Shown here: piece by piece, positions 40,701 through 49,025 of the stretch
Layout: every line of letters starts with the position of its first letter
Position numbering within the stretch: the first letter of the stretch is position 1
Source of the DNA: an uncultured bacterium
GTDB lineage: Bacteria > Bdellovibrionota_C > UBA2361 > CALJRW01
Direction: 5' to 3'
DNA: 64,000 bases
Assembly: GCA_937976335.1 (NCBI GenBank)
Contig: CALJRW010000035.1
Span: 308 to 64,307 of the forward strand
The notes under the pieces: model-generated
Databases searched by the model: none
The model's input: only the letters and a program-made list of their open reading frames with translations
Told to the model about the DNA's origin: nothing
Position numbers and translations under genes: made by a program

Positions 40701-41008
40701 GTCAATCTCTTAACTTATATATCGCACAACCAAGTGGTAAGAAGTTAAATGATATGTATGTTCTTGCATGGAAAAAAGGTCTTAAGACTACTTACTACCT
40801 AAGATCTTTAGGTGCAACGCAGATTGAAAAATCTACAACTGACGTTAATAAGCGTGGCCTTCAACCTCGGTGGATGAAAAATAAGTCAGCTTCAAGTGAA
40901 GTTAAGGTTGCAAGAGAAGAGGAAGTGCAAGAAAAAGCTAGTAGAGAAAAGTCAGCAATGCCAGCAGAAACTTGTAATTTAGATGGCGACTGTGAAAGTT
41001 GTCAGTGA
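37724..41008 (+). CDS. nrdA: Class I ribonucleotide reductase alpha subunit with multiple ATP cones
   Basis: VVKRNG and ILRRDG cones plus a degenerate third; SSCY, SNLCTEI, CNLGSINL, TTYYLR and C-terminal CESCQ. Confidence 0.95.
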   Translation: MDQVGSQSEVSTQLKESQNLKNVEKVNTKTKDLNPNITVVKRNGMLVPFRNDRIFRAIEAAWRATKNVPVTEQISKEDYTAIQNIAFEVVKEATSMALKGACLTVEGIQDIVEVKLMESEKYDVARNYIVYRDEQKEVRDDSARNLKILRRDGKKFVRFNPMKIASAIEKTIRASRKIEGKSSREIIDTVNLLTNKVVAQARVLVADGETLEIERIQDEIERQMMAEGFYQEAKDFILYRAERSALRTLNKEDRVKEEVVVAKEESEVQEFNVTSKEGVVSKIKETDLRARVDYACANLKNVSAEEVYQDVIKNFYEGIKEDEIDQAYIMSARSKVETEPSYSSVTARILLDIIYKETFGVPAWAENVEESHREYFKKYIEKGIEYKRLTPELRDFDLNELAEALDMKRDLDFTYLGIQTIYDRYLIHENDVKIETPQIFWMRVAMGLSLGEGEQKNKRAIEFYDTLSQFNFVSSTPTLFNSGTCHSQMSSCYLSTTNDDLSHIFKVISDDAQLSKWAGGLGNDWTNVRATGSVIKGTNGRSQGVIPFLKVANDTAVAVNQGGKRKGAMCSYLETWHLDIEDFLELRKNTGDERRRTHDMNTANWIPDLFMERVVNNGNWTLFSPSDVSDLHDKYGTDFRTAYEKYEKMADSGEIKLFKRVEAVTIWRKMLSMLFETGHPWITFKDPSNIRSPQDHAGVVHSSNLCTEILLNTSESETAVCNLGSINLVKHTDENGLNREKVEKTVRTAMRMLDNVIDINFYPTPEAENSNMKHRPVGLGLMGFQDALYIQDYSYASPEAVRFADESQELISYYAILASSDLAKERGAYPSYKGSKWDRGLLPIDTIALLEEERGGGYLDVDSTASLDWTLVRKAIKENGMRNSNTMAIAPTATIANITGLTQSIEPTYKHLFAKSNLSGEFVVVNTYLVDKLKSLGIWDEEMVDDLKYFDGSLLEIERIPENVKKVYLTAFEIEPEWIIECASRRQKWIDMGQSLNLYIAQPSGKKLNDMYVLAWKKGLKTTYYLRSLGATQIEKSTTDVNKRGLQPRWMKNKSASSEVKVAREEEVQEKASREKSAMPAETCNLDGDCESCQ

Positions 41009-41059
41009 AAGTTGTCAGTAAGTTTTAAATAAATTTAGAATAATAAAAAAGGAGTAATT

Positions 41060-42127
41060 ATGGACTTTACAGGGGACACAGAAAATAAAAATACTGGAAA
41101 TATGGCCGGACAATCTGGCCGAGTTGACGTATCTCAGAAACGTTTAATTAACTGCAGTCAAGTAGATGTAAATCAGCTTATGCCGTTAAAGTATAAATGG
41201 GCATGGGAGCATTATAATAATGGTTGTGCAAATAACTGGATGCCAACAGAAGTTCCAATGGGAAAAGATATTGAACTTTGGAAATCAGATAAGTTAAGTG
41301 ATGACGAAAGATTAGTTATTATGAGAAATCTTGGTTTCTTTAGCACAGCAGAAAGTTTAGTAGGAAATAATATTGTTCTTGCAATCTTTAAGTATATTAC
41401 TAACCCAGAGTGCCGACAGTATTTACTAAGACAAGCTTTTGAAGAAGCTATTCATACTCATACTTTTCATTACGTTGTTGAATCTCTTTCTCTAGATCAA
41501 GGAGAAATATTTAATATGTATAATGAAGTTAATTCTATTCATGCTAAAGATCAGTTTGAGATGAATTTAACAGCGTCTATTATGGATCCAAACTTTAATA
41601 CTGACAGCTTAGAAGGAATGCAAAAATTTCTTGAAAACATGGTTGGTTTTTATGTCATCATGGAAGGTATTTTCTTCTATAGTGGATTTGTTATGATTTT
41701 ATCATTTCATCGTCAAAACAAACTGACTGGAATTGGTGAGCAATTTCAATATATTTTAAGAGATGAAACCATACATTTAAATTTTGGAATTGATTTAATT
41801 AATGGAATCAAAGCAGAAAATCCAGAAATTTGGACTCCGGAGTTTCAAAAACACATTAAAGAATTAATCCTTCAAGCAGTTGAGCTTGAAATTAAATATG
41901 CTCAAGATTGTCTGCCAAGAGGTATTCTTGGTCTTAGTGCTCCAATGTTTAAGGATTACGTTGAGTATATTGCTGACAGAAGACTAGAAAGAATTGGTCT
42001 AACAACTGAATTTGGTTCTAAAAACCCTTTTCCTTGGATGTCTGAAACTATTGATCTAGGAAAAGAAAAGAACTTTTTTGAAACTCGTGTTACTGAGTAT
42101 CAAACTGCTGCTTCTCTTGAGTGGTAA
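41060..42127 (+). CDS. nrdB: Ribonucleotide reductase beta subunit, class Ic (R2c) signature
   Basis: [10 protein letters not shown] (Glu as first ligand), EEAIHTHTF (Phe at the radical Tyr position), [15 protein letters not shown] and [10 protein letters not shown]. Confidence 0.93.
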   Translation: MDFTGDTENKNTGNMAGQSGRVDVSQKRLINCSQVDVNQLMPLKYKWAWEHYNNGCANNWMPTEVPMGKDIELWKSDKLSDDERLVIMRNLGFFSTAESLVGNNIVLAIFKYITNPECRQYLLRQAFEEAIHTHTFHYVVESLSLDQGEIFNMYNEVNSIHAKDQFEMNLTASIMDPNFNTDSLEGMQKFLENMVGFYVIMEGIFFYSGFVMILSFHRQNKLTGIGEQFQYILRDETIHLNFGIDLINGIKAENPEIWTPEFQKHIKELILQAVELEIKYAQDCLPRGILGLSAPMFKDYVEYIADRRLERIGLTTEFGSKNPFPWMSETIDLGKEKNFFETRVTEYQTAASLEW

Positions 42128-42163
42128 AGAAGTAGAATAAATTAAATTTCACCTCCTTTGTGT

Positions 42164-42227
42164 AGGTGTGGGTGGTAGCTTTTCTCCCCAGAGTATATAA
42201 AAAGCTACCACCCACACCTCTTTTTTT
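42164..42227 (+). terminator. Rho-independent terminator after nrdB
   Basis: Perfect 20-bp stem AGGTGTGGGTGGTAGCTTTT / AAAAGCTACCACCCACACCT followed by a T run. Confidence 0.75.
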
Positions 42228-42445
42228 GGGCTGCTTTTTCCGAATCTCGAAAAATTATTGTAACAGCAAATGCTCGGAGTACTGGTGTACACCTGCGCTT
42301 TGCTATTACAATAATTTTTCGACCTTCGAAAAAATCAGCCCAAAAAATAACGTGATGGTAGCTTTTTCCGAATCTTGAAAAATATTATGCTAGCAAATGT
42401 TTGGAGTACTAGTGTACACATGTGCTTTGCTGGTATGATAATTTT
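42222..42445. repeat. Two tandem copies of a long palindromic element
   Basis: Shared TTTTTCCGAATCTyGAAAAAT...AGCAAATG.T.GGAGTACT.GTGTACAC.TG.GCTTTGCT; copy 1 (42222-42347) folds into a long hairpin. Confidence 0.7.
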
Positions 42446-42534
42446 ATGTGTTTATTACGGCTAGCTAGGCTTGGCTATAAGATCTCACTCACCTAACAAA
42501 TGTCGTTGGGAATAAAACACTTATCTAATAAATT

Positions 42535-43140
42535 ATGTCTAATGAAACTAAAAAAAATGCTTGGAAAGATTACTATGAAGTATGGAGAGGTAGAGAGTGT
42601 AGCAAACTTTTAGTAAAGACTCTCAACGCTTGTGAAAGTTTTATTGAAGTTTCTCAGGCTGTAGATTTAGGAGCAGGAACAGGAAGAGACACTTTTGAGC
42701 TTTTAAAAAGAGGATGGAAAGTTTTAGCTATTGACTGTGAGAAAGAGTCGATTCAGATTATCGTAGAAGATACGCCTAAGGAATTTAAAGCTAATCTTAC
42801 AACGCAAGTTGGTAAATTTTCTGAAGTAAAGTTACCAAATAATAAGTTAATAGTTGCTTCTTTCTCACTTTTTTTCTCAGAACTTAATCAATTTAAAACA
42901 ACTTGGGATTTAATTTTAAAAAGCCAAGATAAAAATGCTGTTTTTGCGGGAACGTTTCTTGGAGTTAAGGATTCATGGAATTCAAGAAATGGGATTACTA
43001 CTTCGACAAAAGAGCAAATAGTAGAGATGATGTCATCTTTTGATATCATTAGCCTAGACGAAGAAGAGTATGACGGAGAAACAGCTAATAAAAAAAGTAA
43101 ACACTGGCATTACTTTTCTGTTATTGGAAGAAAGAAATAG
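42535..43140 (+). CDS. Class I SAM-dependent methyltransferase (TehB-like)
   Basis: AVDLGAGTGRD, WKVLAID and HWH motifs. Confidence 0.82.
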   Translation: MSNETKKNAWKDYYEVWRGRECSKLLVKTLNACESFIEVSQAVDLGAGTGRDTFELLKRGWKVLAIDCEKESIQIIVEDTPKEFKANLTTQVGKFSEVKLPNNKLIVASFSLFFSELNQFKTTWDLILKSQDKNAVFAGTFLGVKDSWNSRNGITTSTKEQIVEMMSSFDIISLDEEEYDGETANKKSKHWHYFSVIGRKK

Positions 43141-43294
43141 ATTTTATAAAATATTTTTGGTAATCTACGTCGTCTTTAGTTGTACGCTCAATAGTTTGGA
43201 AAGAAACTGCTATTCCACCGATAATAGCAAATTTGATGTCATTCTTAGTAAACCAAGAAACCATTTCTCTAATACTATTCTCAAACTCTTTCAC
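43121..43294 (-). pseudogene. Truncated MenT1/AbiEii-like nucleotidyltransferase toxin
   Basis: GTG directly follows the antitoxin stop; 57 codons including FAIIGGIAVS...RTTKDDVD, then termination against the convergent gene. Confidence 0.7.
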
Positions 43295-43501
43295 TTACTT
43301 AAACCTATCAAGATTTCCTGGAACTCCTTCTCCATCACCGTATTCGGCGCCTGGTCTATGCAAATACCAATTTTTTAGTTCTAAGGCTATTTCAGATTCA
43401 GTTAAATTAGGTTTTTTCTTTTTTAGTTTATGCAAAAAAGCTCTTTCGCTAAGTTTTAAAAGTTCTGAAATAATTTTAAGTTTATTAATACAATTTTTCA
43501 T
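43295..43501 (-). CDS. MenA1 (Rv0078B)-like antitoxin
   Basis: 68 aa with C-terminal W.L.RPGAEYGD.EG, resembling M. tuberculosis MenA1 as I recall it; directly upstream of the nucleotidyltransferase remnant. Confidence 0.65.
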   Translation of the reverse strand: MKNCINKLKIISELLKLSERAFLHKLKKKKPNLTESEIALELKNWYLHRPGAEYGDGEGVPGNLDRFK

Positions 43502-43564
43502 TTACAAAAACTCTACCACCCAATATTATTGTATCATTTACCATATTTATCAGCAACAAATTAC

Positions 43565-44203
43565 ATGAATAACGATAGCCACTTTAAAAAAATCAGAAAA
43601 GAATACCGTTTATATAGCTTAAGTATTTCCAATACAAAGAAGCTACCCATCGAACAATTTAAATTTTGGTATAAAGAAGCAGTAGAAAAAAATCTTTCTC
43701 AACCGAATGCTATTAGTCTTGCGACAATAAATGAAGCTTTAAAACCAACATTAAGAATGGTTTTATTTAAAGGCTTAATAGATGATGCTTTCACATTTTA
43801 TACAAACTATGAGAGTAAAAAAGGAAAAGATATAGAGAAAAATAAAAATGTAGCTCTTTTATTCTTTTGGGACTGTTTAGAACGTCAGATAAGAATTGAA
43901 GGAAGCGCACAAAAAATTTCTCGAGAAGAGAGCGAAAACTATTTTAATTCAAGACCAAAGGGAGCACAAATTAGTGCAATTGTATCTCCACAAAGTGACG
44001 TAATAAGTTCTAGGGAAGAATTAGAAAAGAAATACAAAACTGCAGAAAATAATCAAAATATTACTTGTCCAGAAAACTGGGGCGGGTACAAAGTAATTCC
44101 TAGCTATTTTGAATTTTGGCAAGGTCGAGAAGGGCGTTTACATGATAGGATTGTGTATGAGCTCGAAGATAATTCCTGGAATAAGCGTAGATTAGCCCCC
44201 TAA
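43565..44203 (+). CDS. pdxH: Pyridoxamine 5'-phosphate oxidase
   Basis: RMVLFK, FYTNYESKKG, RQIRIEG, YFNSRP, EFWQGREGRLHDR and RLAP. Confidence 0.93.
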   Translation: MNNDSHFKKIRKEYRLYSLSISNTKKLPIEQFKFWYKEAVEKNLSQPNAISLATINEALKPTLRMVLFKGLIDDAFTFYTNYESKKGKDIEKNKNVALLFFWDCLERQIRIEGSAQKISREESENYFNSRPKGAQISAIVSPQSDVISSREELEKKYKTAENNQNITCPENWGGYKVIPSYFEFWQGREGRLHDRIVYELEDNSWNKRRLAP

Positions 44204-44276
44204 CTTCAGCACGAAGTCGAGTTTTCATGTTGAAAAATTGAAAAATATGAAATAGACAGTTAGTCTATAGTAAGAA

Positions 44277-45128
44277 ATGAATAACAATAAAACTCTTCTT
44301 TTAGGTTCTGGTTACTCTCTGTCAAAATTAGCTTTGATATGCGATAAAAATAATATTTTACTCACAACCAGAAGCTCAGAAAAAAAACAAAAATTTATTA
44401 AAAAAGGCTTTAATGTTGAATTACTTGATATTAAGAGATTTGATGATGTAAAAAGTTTTTTTGATGAATTTAATAAATTTGAATTAATTATAGATAGTAT
44501 ACCACCAGTAGATAATGAACTAGGTGTAAAGAAAAATTTAGTTAATACTCTTAAAGATTATCCTTTAAAAAGATATTTCTATTTAAGCACAACTGGAGTT
44601 TATGGAAAAACTGATGGTTTGCTTACTACTGAAAAAACAGAGCGCACTCCAATATCTGAAAGAGGACAGAGAAGGCTTGATACTGAAAATTTACTTCTTA
44701 ATTCATTAAATTGCTCTGTTACAAATTTTAGATTGCCTGGAATTTATGGACCAGGTAGAGGAACTGGTATAGCACTAAAAAATAAAAGATATCCATACAT
44801 AGAAAACGGTAGTCGTTGGTCTAATAGAGTTCATGTAGATGATATAGTTGGTGTTTTGAAAAAAAGTATATCAATTACAGAGGAATTACCGACTTTTCTG
44901 AATTTATGCGATAGTCATCCGACTTTAACAAAAGATGTTGTTAAATTTTATTGTGAAAAATTTAATTTAGAACTGCCCAAATCTATATCTTACAAGGAAG
45001 CTGAAGAGAAAGGCTATCAAAGCTTACTTGCTAATCATAAAGTTTCAAATGAACTTTTACTTAAAACCCTAAATTATCAGTTTAAGTATCCTTCGTATAT
45101 TGAAGGGGCAGGAACAGAATATGAGTAA
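44277..45128 (+). CDS. NAD-dependent epimerase/atypical SDR (YeeZ-like)
   Basis: YLSTTGVYG, RLPGIYGPGR, NRVHVDDI and FKYPSY..G. Confidence 0.8.
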   Translation: MNNNKTLLLGSGYSLSKLALICDKNNILLTTRSSEKKQKFIKKGFNVELLDIKRFDDVKSFFDEFNKFELIIDSIPPVDNELGVKKNLVNTLKDYPLKRYFYLSTTGVYGKTDGLLTTEKTERTPISERGQRRLDTENLLLNSLNCSVTNFRLPGIYGPGRGTGIALKNKRYPYIENGSRWSNRVHVDDIVGVLKKSISITEELPTFLNLCDSHPTLTKDVVKFYCEKFNLELPKSISYKEAEEKGYQSLLANHKVSNELLLKTLNYQFKYPSYIEGAGTEYE

Positions 45129-45966
45129 GAGATTTGTTTTTTCAAAGAAAGTTTCAATTATATGTTTTTTATTAATATGTCTTTTTTTAAGATTATCATA
45201 CTGGCAATTTGAAAGACATAATGAAAAAAAAGAATTAATTAAGGAGTTAGCCAGTAGATTAGAAATTACTCCAGAATCGATAGGAGAAGTTTTAAATAAA
45301 AATACTAATTGGGAAAATTTAATTCATAGAAAATTTATAGTAGAAGGTGAATTTGATTTTAATAATGAAGTTCTTTTACGTAATAGAAGAATGGAAGGAC
45401 TTCCTGGAGTTCATGTAATTACACCCTTAAAAATTAAAAATACAGAAAAATATATTTTAGTTAATAGAGGCTATATTCCTTTAGCTTATGCTAAAGGAAA
45501 AAATTTAACTAAAATAAATAGAGTGAAAAAAGTGAATTTTGTAGGCTTAGTTAAAAAAAGTCAAAAGCGAAAAATGTTTGCACCAAAAGATCCTGAAATT
45601 TCTAAAAAAATCCCAAAAGTAAAATCATGGTTAAGAGTTAATATTCCAAAAATTCAAAAGCAATTAAAATATAAATTACTTCCGGTATGGCTAGAAATAA
45701 CAAATGAAGAAATTTCTAACAATAAGCTTGTAGTTGAATTAACAAAAACTACATCAGGAAAAGCTGAAATTTTAAGTCTACCCTTAAGAGGAATTTCTGC
45801 AAAACAATCCCTTAATCTTCCTGTAACTCATAAAGCTTACCCAATTCCTGTTTTTAATACCTTTATTCCTCCAGGACGTCATTTTGGATATATTTTTGAA
45901 TGGGGCTTTATGGCTTTAATGACCTTACTTATTTGTATTGTTATGCAATTTAAGAGGAATAAATAA
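45121..45966 (+). CDS. SURF1 family cytochrome oxidase biogenesis protein
   Basis: LSYWQFER, GVHVITPL, VNRGYIP and HFGYIFEW. Confidence 0.85.
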   Translation: MSKRFVFSKKVSIICFLLICLFLRLSYWQFERHNEKKELIKELASRLEITPESIGEVLNKNTNWENLIHRKFIVEGEFDFNNEVLLRNRRMEGLPGVHVITPLKIKNTEKYILVNRGYIPLAYAKGKNLTKINRVKKVNFVGLVKKSQKRKMFAPKDPEISKKIPKVKSWLRVNIPKIQKQLKYKLLPVWLEITNEEISNNKLVVELTKTTSGKAEILSLPLRGISAKQSLNLPVTHKAYPIPVFNTFIPPGRHFGYIFEWGFMALMTLLICIVMQFKRNK

Positions 45967-46107
45967 AGAGTATTCTCTTGTATAAATTTTTGAAGCTTTT
46001 TCTAAGCAAGTATCTACCCTAAATAGTAGTAAAAATGTTACCTTCATTAATGTAAATTTAGAGTTTTTTAGCGTAAATTTAACACTCTTAACTAATAAAG
46101 GTATTTA

Positions 46108-47796
46108 ATGAAAAATATTTTATCAAACGTAAAAGGAGATCTTTTTGGCGGTTTAACAGCCGGAATCGTTGCTCTTCCCCTTGCACTTGCATTTGGTGAA
46201 CAAACAGAACTAGGTGCAATAGCTGGTCTTTACGGAGCTATCGCTATAGGCATATTTGCAGCTATTTTTGGAGGAACTCCAACTCAGATAAGTGGTCCTA
46301 CTGCTCCAATGACAGTTGTTTCGGCAGTTATTATTGCTGACTCAATAAAATATGCAGGTTCTTTTGAGGCTGGATTGCCAATTGTTATCGCAACATTTGT
46401 GCTTGCTGGATTCTTTCAGGTAATGCTTGGGCTATTTAAGTTAGGTAGTTACATTAAGTATGTCCCCTATCCGGTTGTTTCAGGTTTTATGAGTGGCATC
46501 GGTGTTATTATAGTTATTTCTCAGATTTTTCCTTTTTTTGGTGTAAATTCTCCTGATGGTGGGGTAATGGCCACAATCAATTCTATTCATAAAATTCCTG
46601 AGATAGTTAATGTTTTTTCGATAATTATAGCTTTATCAACGATAGTAATCATTTATTTACTTCCTAAATTGACTAAAAAAATTCCATCAACATTAGTTGC
46701 CTTATTTGTTGTTTCTATTTTGGCATATTTTTTAATTCCTGAAGGACAAATTCTAAAGCTTAATTCAAGTGCTTCTATACCGAGTGGTTTACCTAAAATA
46801 TACACAAATTTCTTTAGTGTTTTTTTAGATGCTAAACATTTTCTTATTGTTATCGAATATGCAGCAACTCTTGCTGCGCTTGGTGCGATTGATTCTCTTT
46901 TAACATCTTTAGTTGCTGATAATATGACTAAAACTAAACATCGAAGTAACCAAGAGTTAGTTGGACAAGGATTAGGTAATATCGTAGCTGGTTTTATTGG
47001 TGGCTTGCCAGGCGCAGGAGCAACAATGCGAACTGTTATTAATATTAACAGTGGTGGAAAAACAAAACTATCAGGAGTAGTGGCAGGAATGTTACTACTT
47101 ACTGTTCTTTTAGGTTTGGGAAAACTTGTTGGTCATATACCAAATGCAGTCCTTGCTGGAATTTTAATAACAGTTGGAATTGGTATAATTGATTACAAAG
47201 GTTTTAGATATATGAAAGTCATGCCGCGATCGGAGACTTTAATCATGCTTTCTGTTTTATTTTTAACCGTTACTGTTGATTTATTGTTTGCTGTTGCGTT
47301 TGGTATGGTTTTTGCGGCAATTCTTTTTATGAAAAATATTTCTGACTTTGTTGAAAGTAAAACTTACTCAGAATCACTTCAGAGCTTTTCTAGAGAAATT
47401 CCATGGCTTGATGAAGGTGACATAGAGGATAGCATAGGTGATAAAATTTATATAAAGCATTTAGAAGGTCCTATGTTTTTTGGTTCTTCTTCACGATTTA
47501 AAGACATGATCAATGCACTTCCTGAGATTGAGACTGTAATTTTTAGAGTGGATAGAGTGCCATATATTGATCAATCAGGTTTAATTTCTTTAGAAAGTGC
47601 TTGTTTGGATTTTGAAAATAGAGGAATTAACGTTGCTTTTATTGGCTTGCAAGGTCAGCCAAAAGATTTGCTACATAAGGTTAAAATTATACCAAATCTT
47701 GTTCCAGAAAATATGGTTTTTGATAAATTTAAAGACTGTTTAGCTTGGCTTGAATCAAAGTATGATGGAATATTACATAAGAATTTGACTGCTTAG
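46108..47796 (+). CDS. sulP: SulP/SLC26 anion (probably bicarbonate) transporter with STAS domain
   Basis: GDLFGGLTAGIVALPLALAFG, ISGPTAPM, GFMSGIG, DSLLTS, PGAGATMRT and GPMFFG...IDQSG. Confidence 0.9.
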   Translation: MKNILSNVKGDLFGGLTAGIVALPLALAFGEQTELGAIAGLYGAIAIGIFAAIFGGTPTQISGPTAPMTVVSAVIIADSIKYAGSFEAGLPIVIATFVLAGFFQVMLGLFKLGSYIKYVPYPVVSGFMSGIGVIIVISQIFPFFGVNSPDGGVMATINSIHKIPEIVNVFSIIIALSTIVIIYLLPKLTKKIPSTLVALFVVSILAYFLIPEGQILKLNSSASIPSGLPKIYTNFFSVFLDAKHFLIVIEYAATLAALGAIDSLLTSLVADNMTKTKHRSNQELVGQGLGNIVAGFIGGLPGAGATMRTVININSGGKTKLSGVVAGMLLLTVLLGLGKLVGHIPNAVLAGILITVGIGIIDYKGFRYMKVMPRSETLIMLSVLFLTVTVDLLFAVAFGMVFAAILFMKNISDFVESKTYSESLQSFSREIPWLDEGDIEDSIGDKIYIKHLEGPMFFGSSSRFKDMINALPEIETVIFRVDRVPYIDQSGLISLESACLDFENRGINVAFIGLQGQPKDLLHKVKIIPNLVPENMVFDKFKDCLAWLESKYDGILHKNLTA

Positions 47797-47916
47797 TCAA
47801 AAATTAAACAGGAAAGTATGATTCCTGAATAAGCACTGACTTTCCTTAAAGCAGGAAATAAAAAATTTGTCTCGGGAAAGCCTCTAAAAAGAGATTTAAA
47901 TACTTCAGTAGCTTAG
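47797..47916 (+). pseudogene. Remnant of a beta-carbonic anhydrase N-terminus in frame with sulP
   Basis: Reading past the sulP TAG gives SKIKQESMIPE*ALTFLKAGNKKFVSGKPLKRDLNTSVA*, matching the T/IPxxALxxLxxGNxRFV pattern. Confidence 0.6.
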
Positions 47917-47932
47917 CTTTTGTAATACTTTT

Positions 47933-48115
47933 TTATCCAAAATTCAGCTTTATAAACAGTCTTAAAAGTAATTTCCGAAAAATTGAGATATACCCGTCGT
48001 CATTTAGTTTTTCCACTTTCTGTCTAAGACCTGATCGGTCTTAGCCTAGTTTTGACGGGTATATCTTATCTTCCCTCCGGGAGACTTTCGGAAATTTTCA
48101 ATTTCCTTCAGTATA
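47933..48115. repeat. Composite MITE-like palindromic element, copy 1
   Basis: 47987-48115 matches 57258-57386 at 127/129; contains the GATATACCCGTC...GACGGGTATATC inverted repeat and a CTAAGACC/GGTCTTAG hairpin. Confidence 0.8.
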
Positions 48116-48135
48116 GCTATTAGGACAGTTTAAAC

Positions 48136-48906
48136 TTATGAGGGCAGAAAATCCCAAAGTAATTCAAATACTGTCATCATAGATCTATAATAATCAGGGT
48201 GTTTAATTTGAATGACCATTTCTTGTCCTGGTGTATAGTTAGTTAAAAACACTGTGCCTTCAGATAAAATAAAATCAGTGGGAATACTATATTTTTTAGG
48301 AACGACTTTTACTTGATGATTATCGTTATCGATATTTTTCAAATACCATTTGAGCTGTTTTCCTTTAACTGCGATATCTCTAATTTTATATTTAGTTTTT
48401 GAGCTTGAAGTAAGAAATTTTTTAATTAAATTTTTAGCTTCAGGATCAACGCATATGGCATCAATATCAAAAATTGCAGAAAAATGAGAAGTAGTTAAGA
48501 TATCTAGCAATAAAGAATATACGGCTTCTTTTGATTCAGTTGAAAGTATTTTATAAGTACCAAAATTTTCTTTTATTTTTGTTTGTTCTATTTGTGAAAA
48601 ATATTCTTCGAGTAGTTTGCTAGCTCGACTGATATTGTCAAAGTTTGCTTGCGCTTTATTAACTAAGACTTGAGGAATAAGTTTAGTGTCAATAGCTTGA
48701 TAACTTGCTCCTCTTTTCCCTTGTTCTCTAATAACTAAGCCACGAGATTCAAGTGAGCTAATAGCTGAATAGATAGTAGTTCTTTTTGCGTCAATTCGCT
48801 TTGCGATAAGCCCTCCAGGGCTTGGCCCTTTTTCTACTAAATAAAGCAAAACTCTCTGTTCATTTGTATTGAGTCCACAAGTTTTAAGAATTTCTAAGTC
48901 AATCAT
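48136..48906 (-). CDS. TrmB-family helix-turn-helix transcriptional regulator
   Basis: GLNTNEQRVL...IAKRIDAKRTTIYSAISSLESRGLV; likely start MIDLE at 48906. Confidence 0.78.
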   Translation of the reverse strand: MIDLEILKTCGLNTNEQRVLLYLVEKGPSPGGLIAKRIDAKRTTIYSAISSLESRGLVIREQGKRGASYQAIDTKLIPQVLVNKAQANFDNISRASKLLEEYFSQIEQTKIKENFGTYKILSTESKEAVYSLLLDILTTSHFSAIFDIDAICVDPEAKNLIKKFLTSSSKTKYKIRDIAVKGKQLKWYLKNIDNDNHQVKVVPKKYSIPTDFILSEGTVFLTNYTPGQEMVIQIKHPDYYRSMMTVFELLWDFLPS

Positions 48907-48911
48907 AAGTG

Positions 48912-48932
48912 TTGTCGAAATTAAATCGACAA
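48912..48932. promoter_or_regulatory. Palindromic putative operator before the TrmB-like start codon
   Basis: TTGTCGA-AATTAAA-TCGACAA, 5 nt from the ATG. Confidence 0.5.
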
Positions 48933-49025
48933 AATTACTATACATAATATACTAATTTAATTCAAAATTAATTTAAGACTCTTTAAGTTGCTTGATTAGT
49001 GCCGTCAAAATAGTAGTTTGATAGT

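Noticed and set aside
40995-41020. 13-bp tandem duplication GAAAGTTGTCAGT at the nrdA stop
   Set aside because: Real but trivial slippage; the C-terminal CESCQ is unchanged.
42166-42378. 70-aa ORF after nrdB
   Set aside because: It lies entirely over the terminator and palindromic repeats and has no ribosome-binding site or protein motif.
47794-47832. Stop-codon recoding or an alternative genetic code at the sulP tail
   Set aside because: The stops are of two types (TAG and TAA), the domain is truncated anyway, and all three stops end normal genes in the window.
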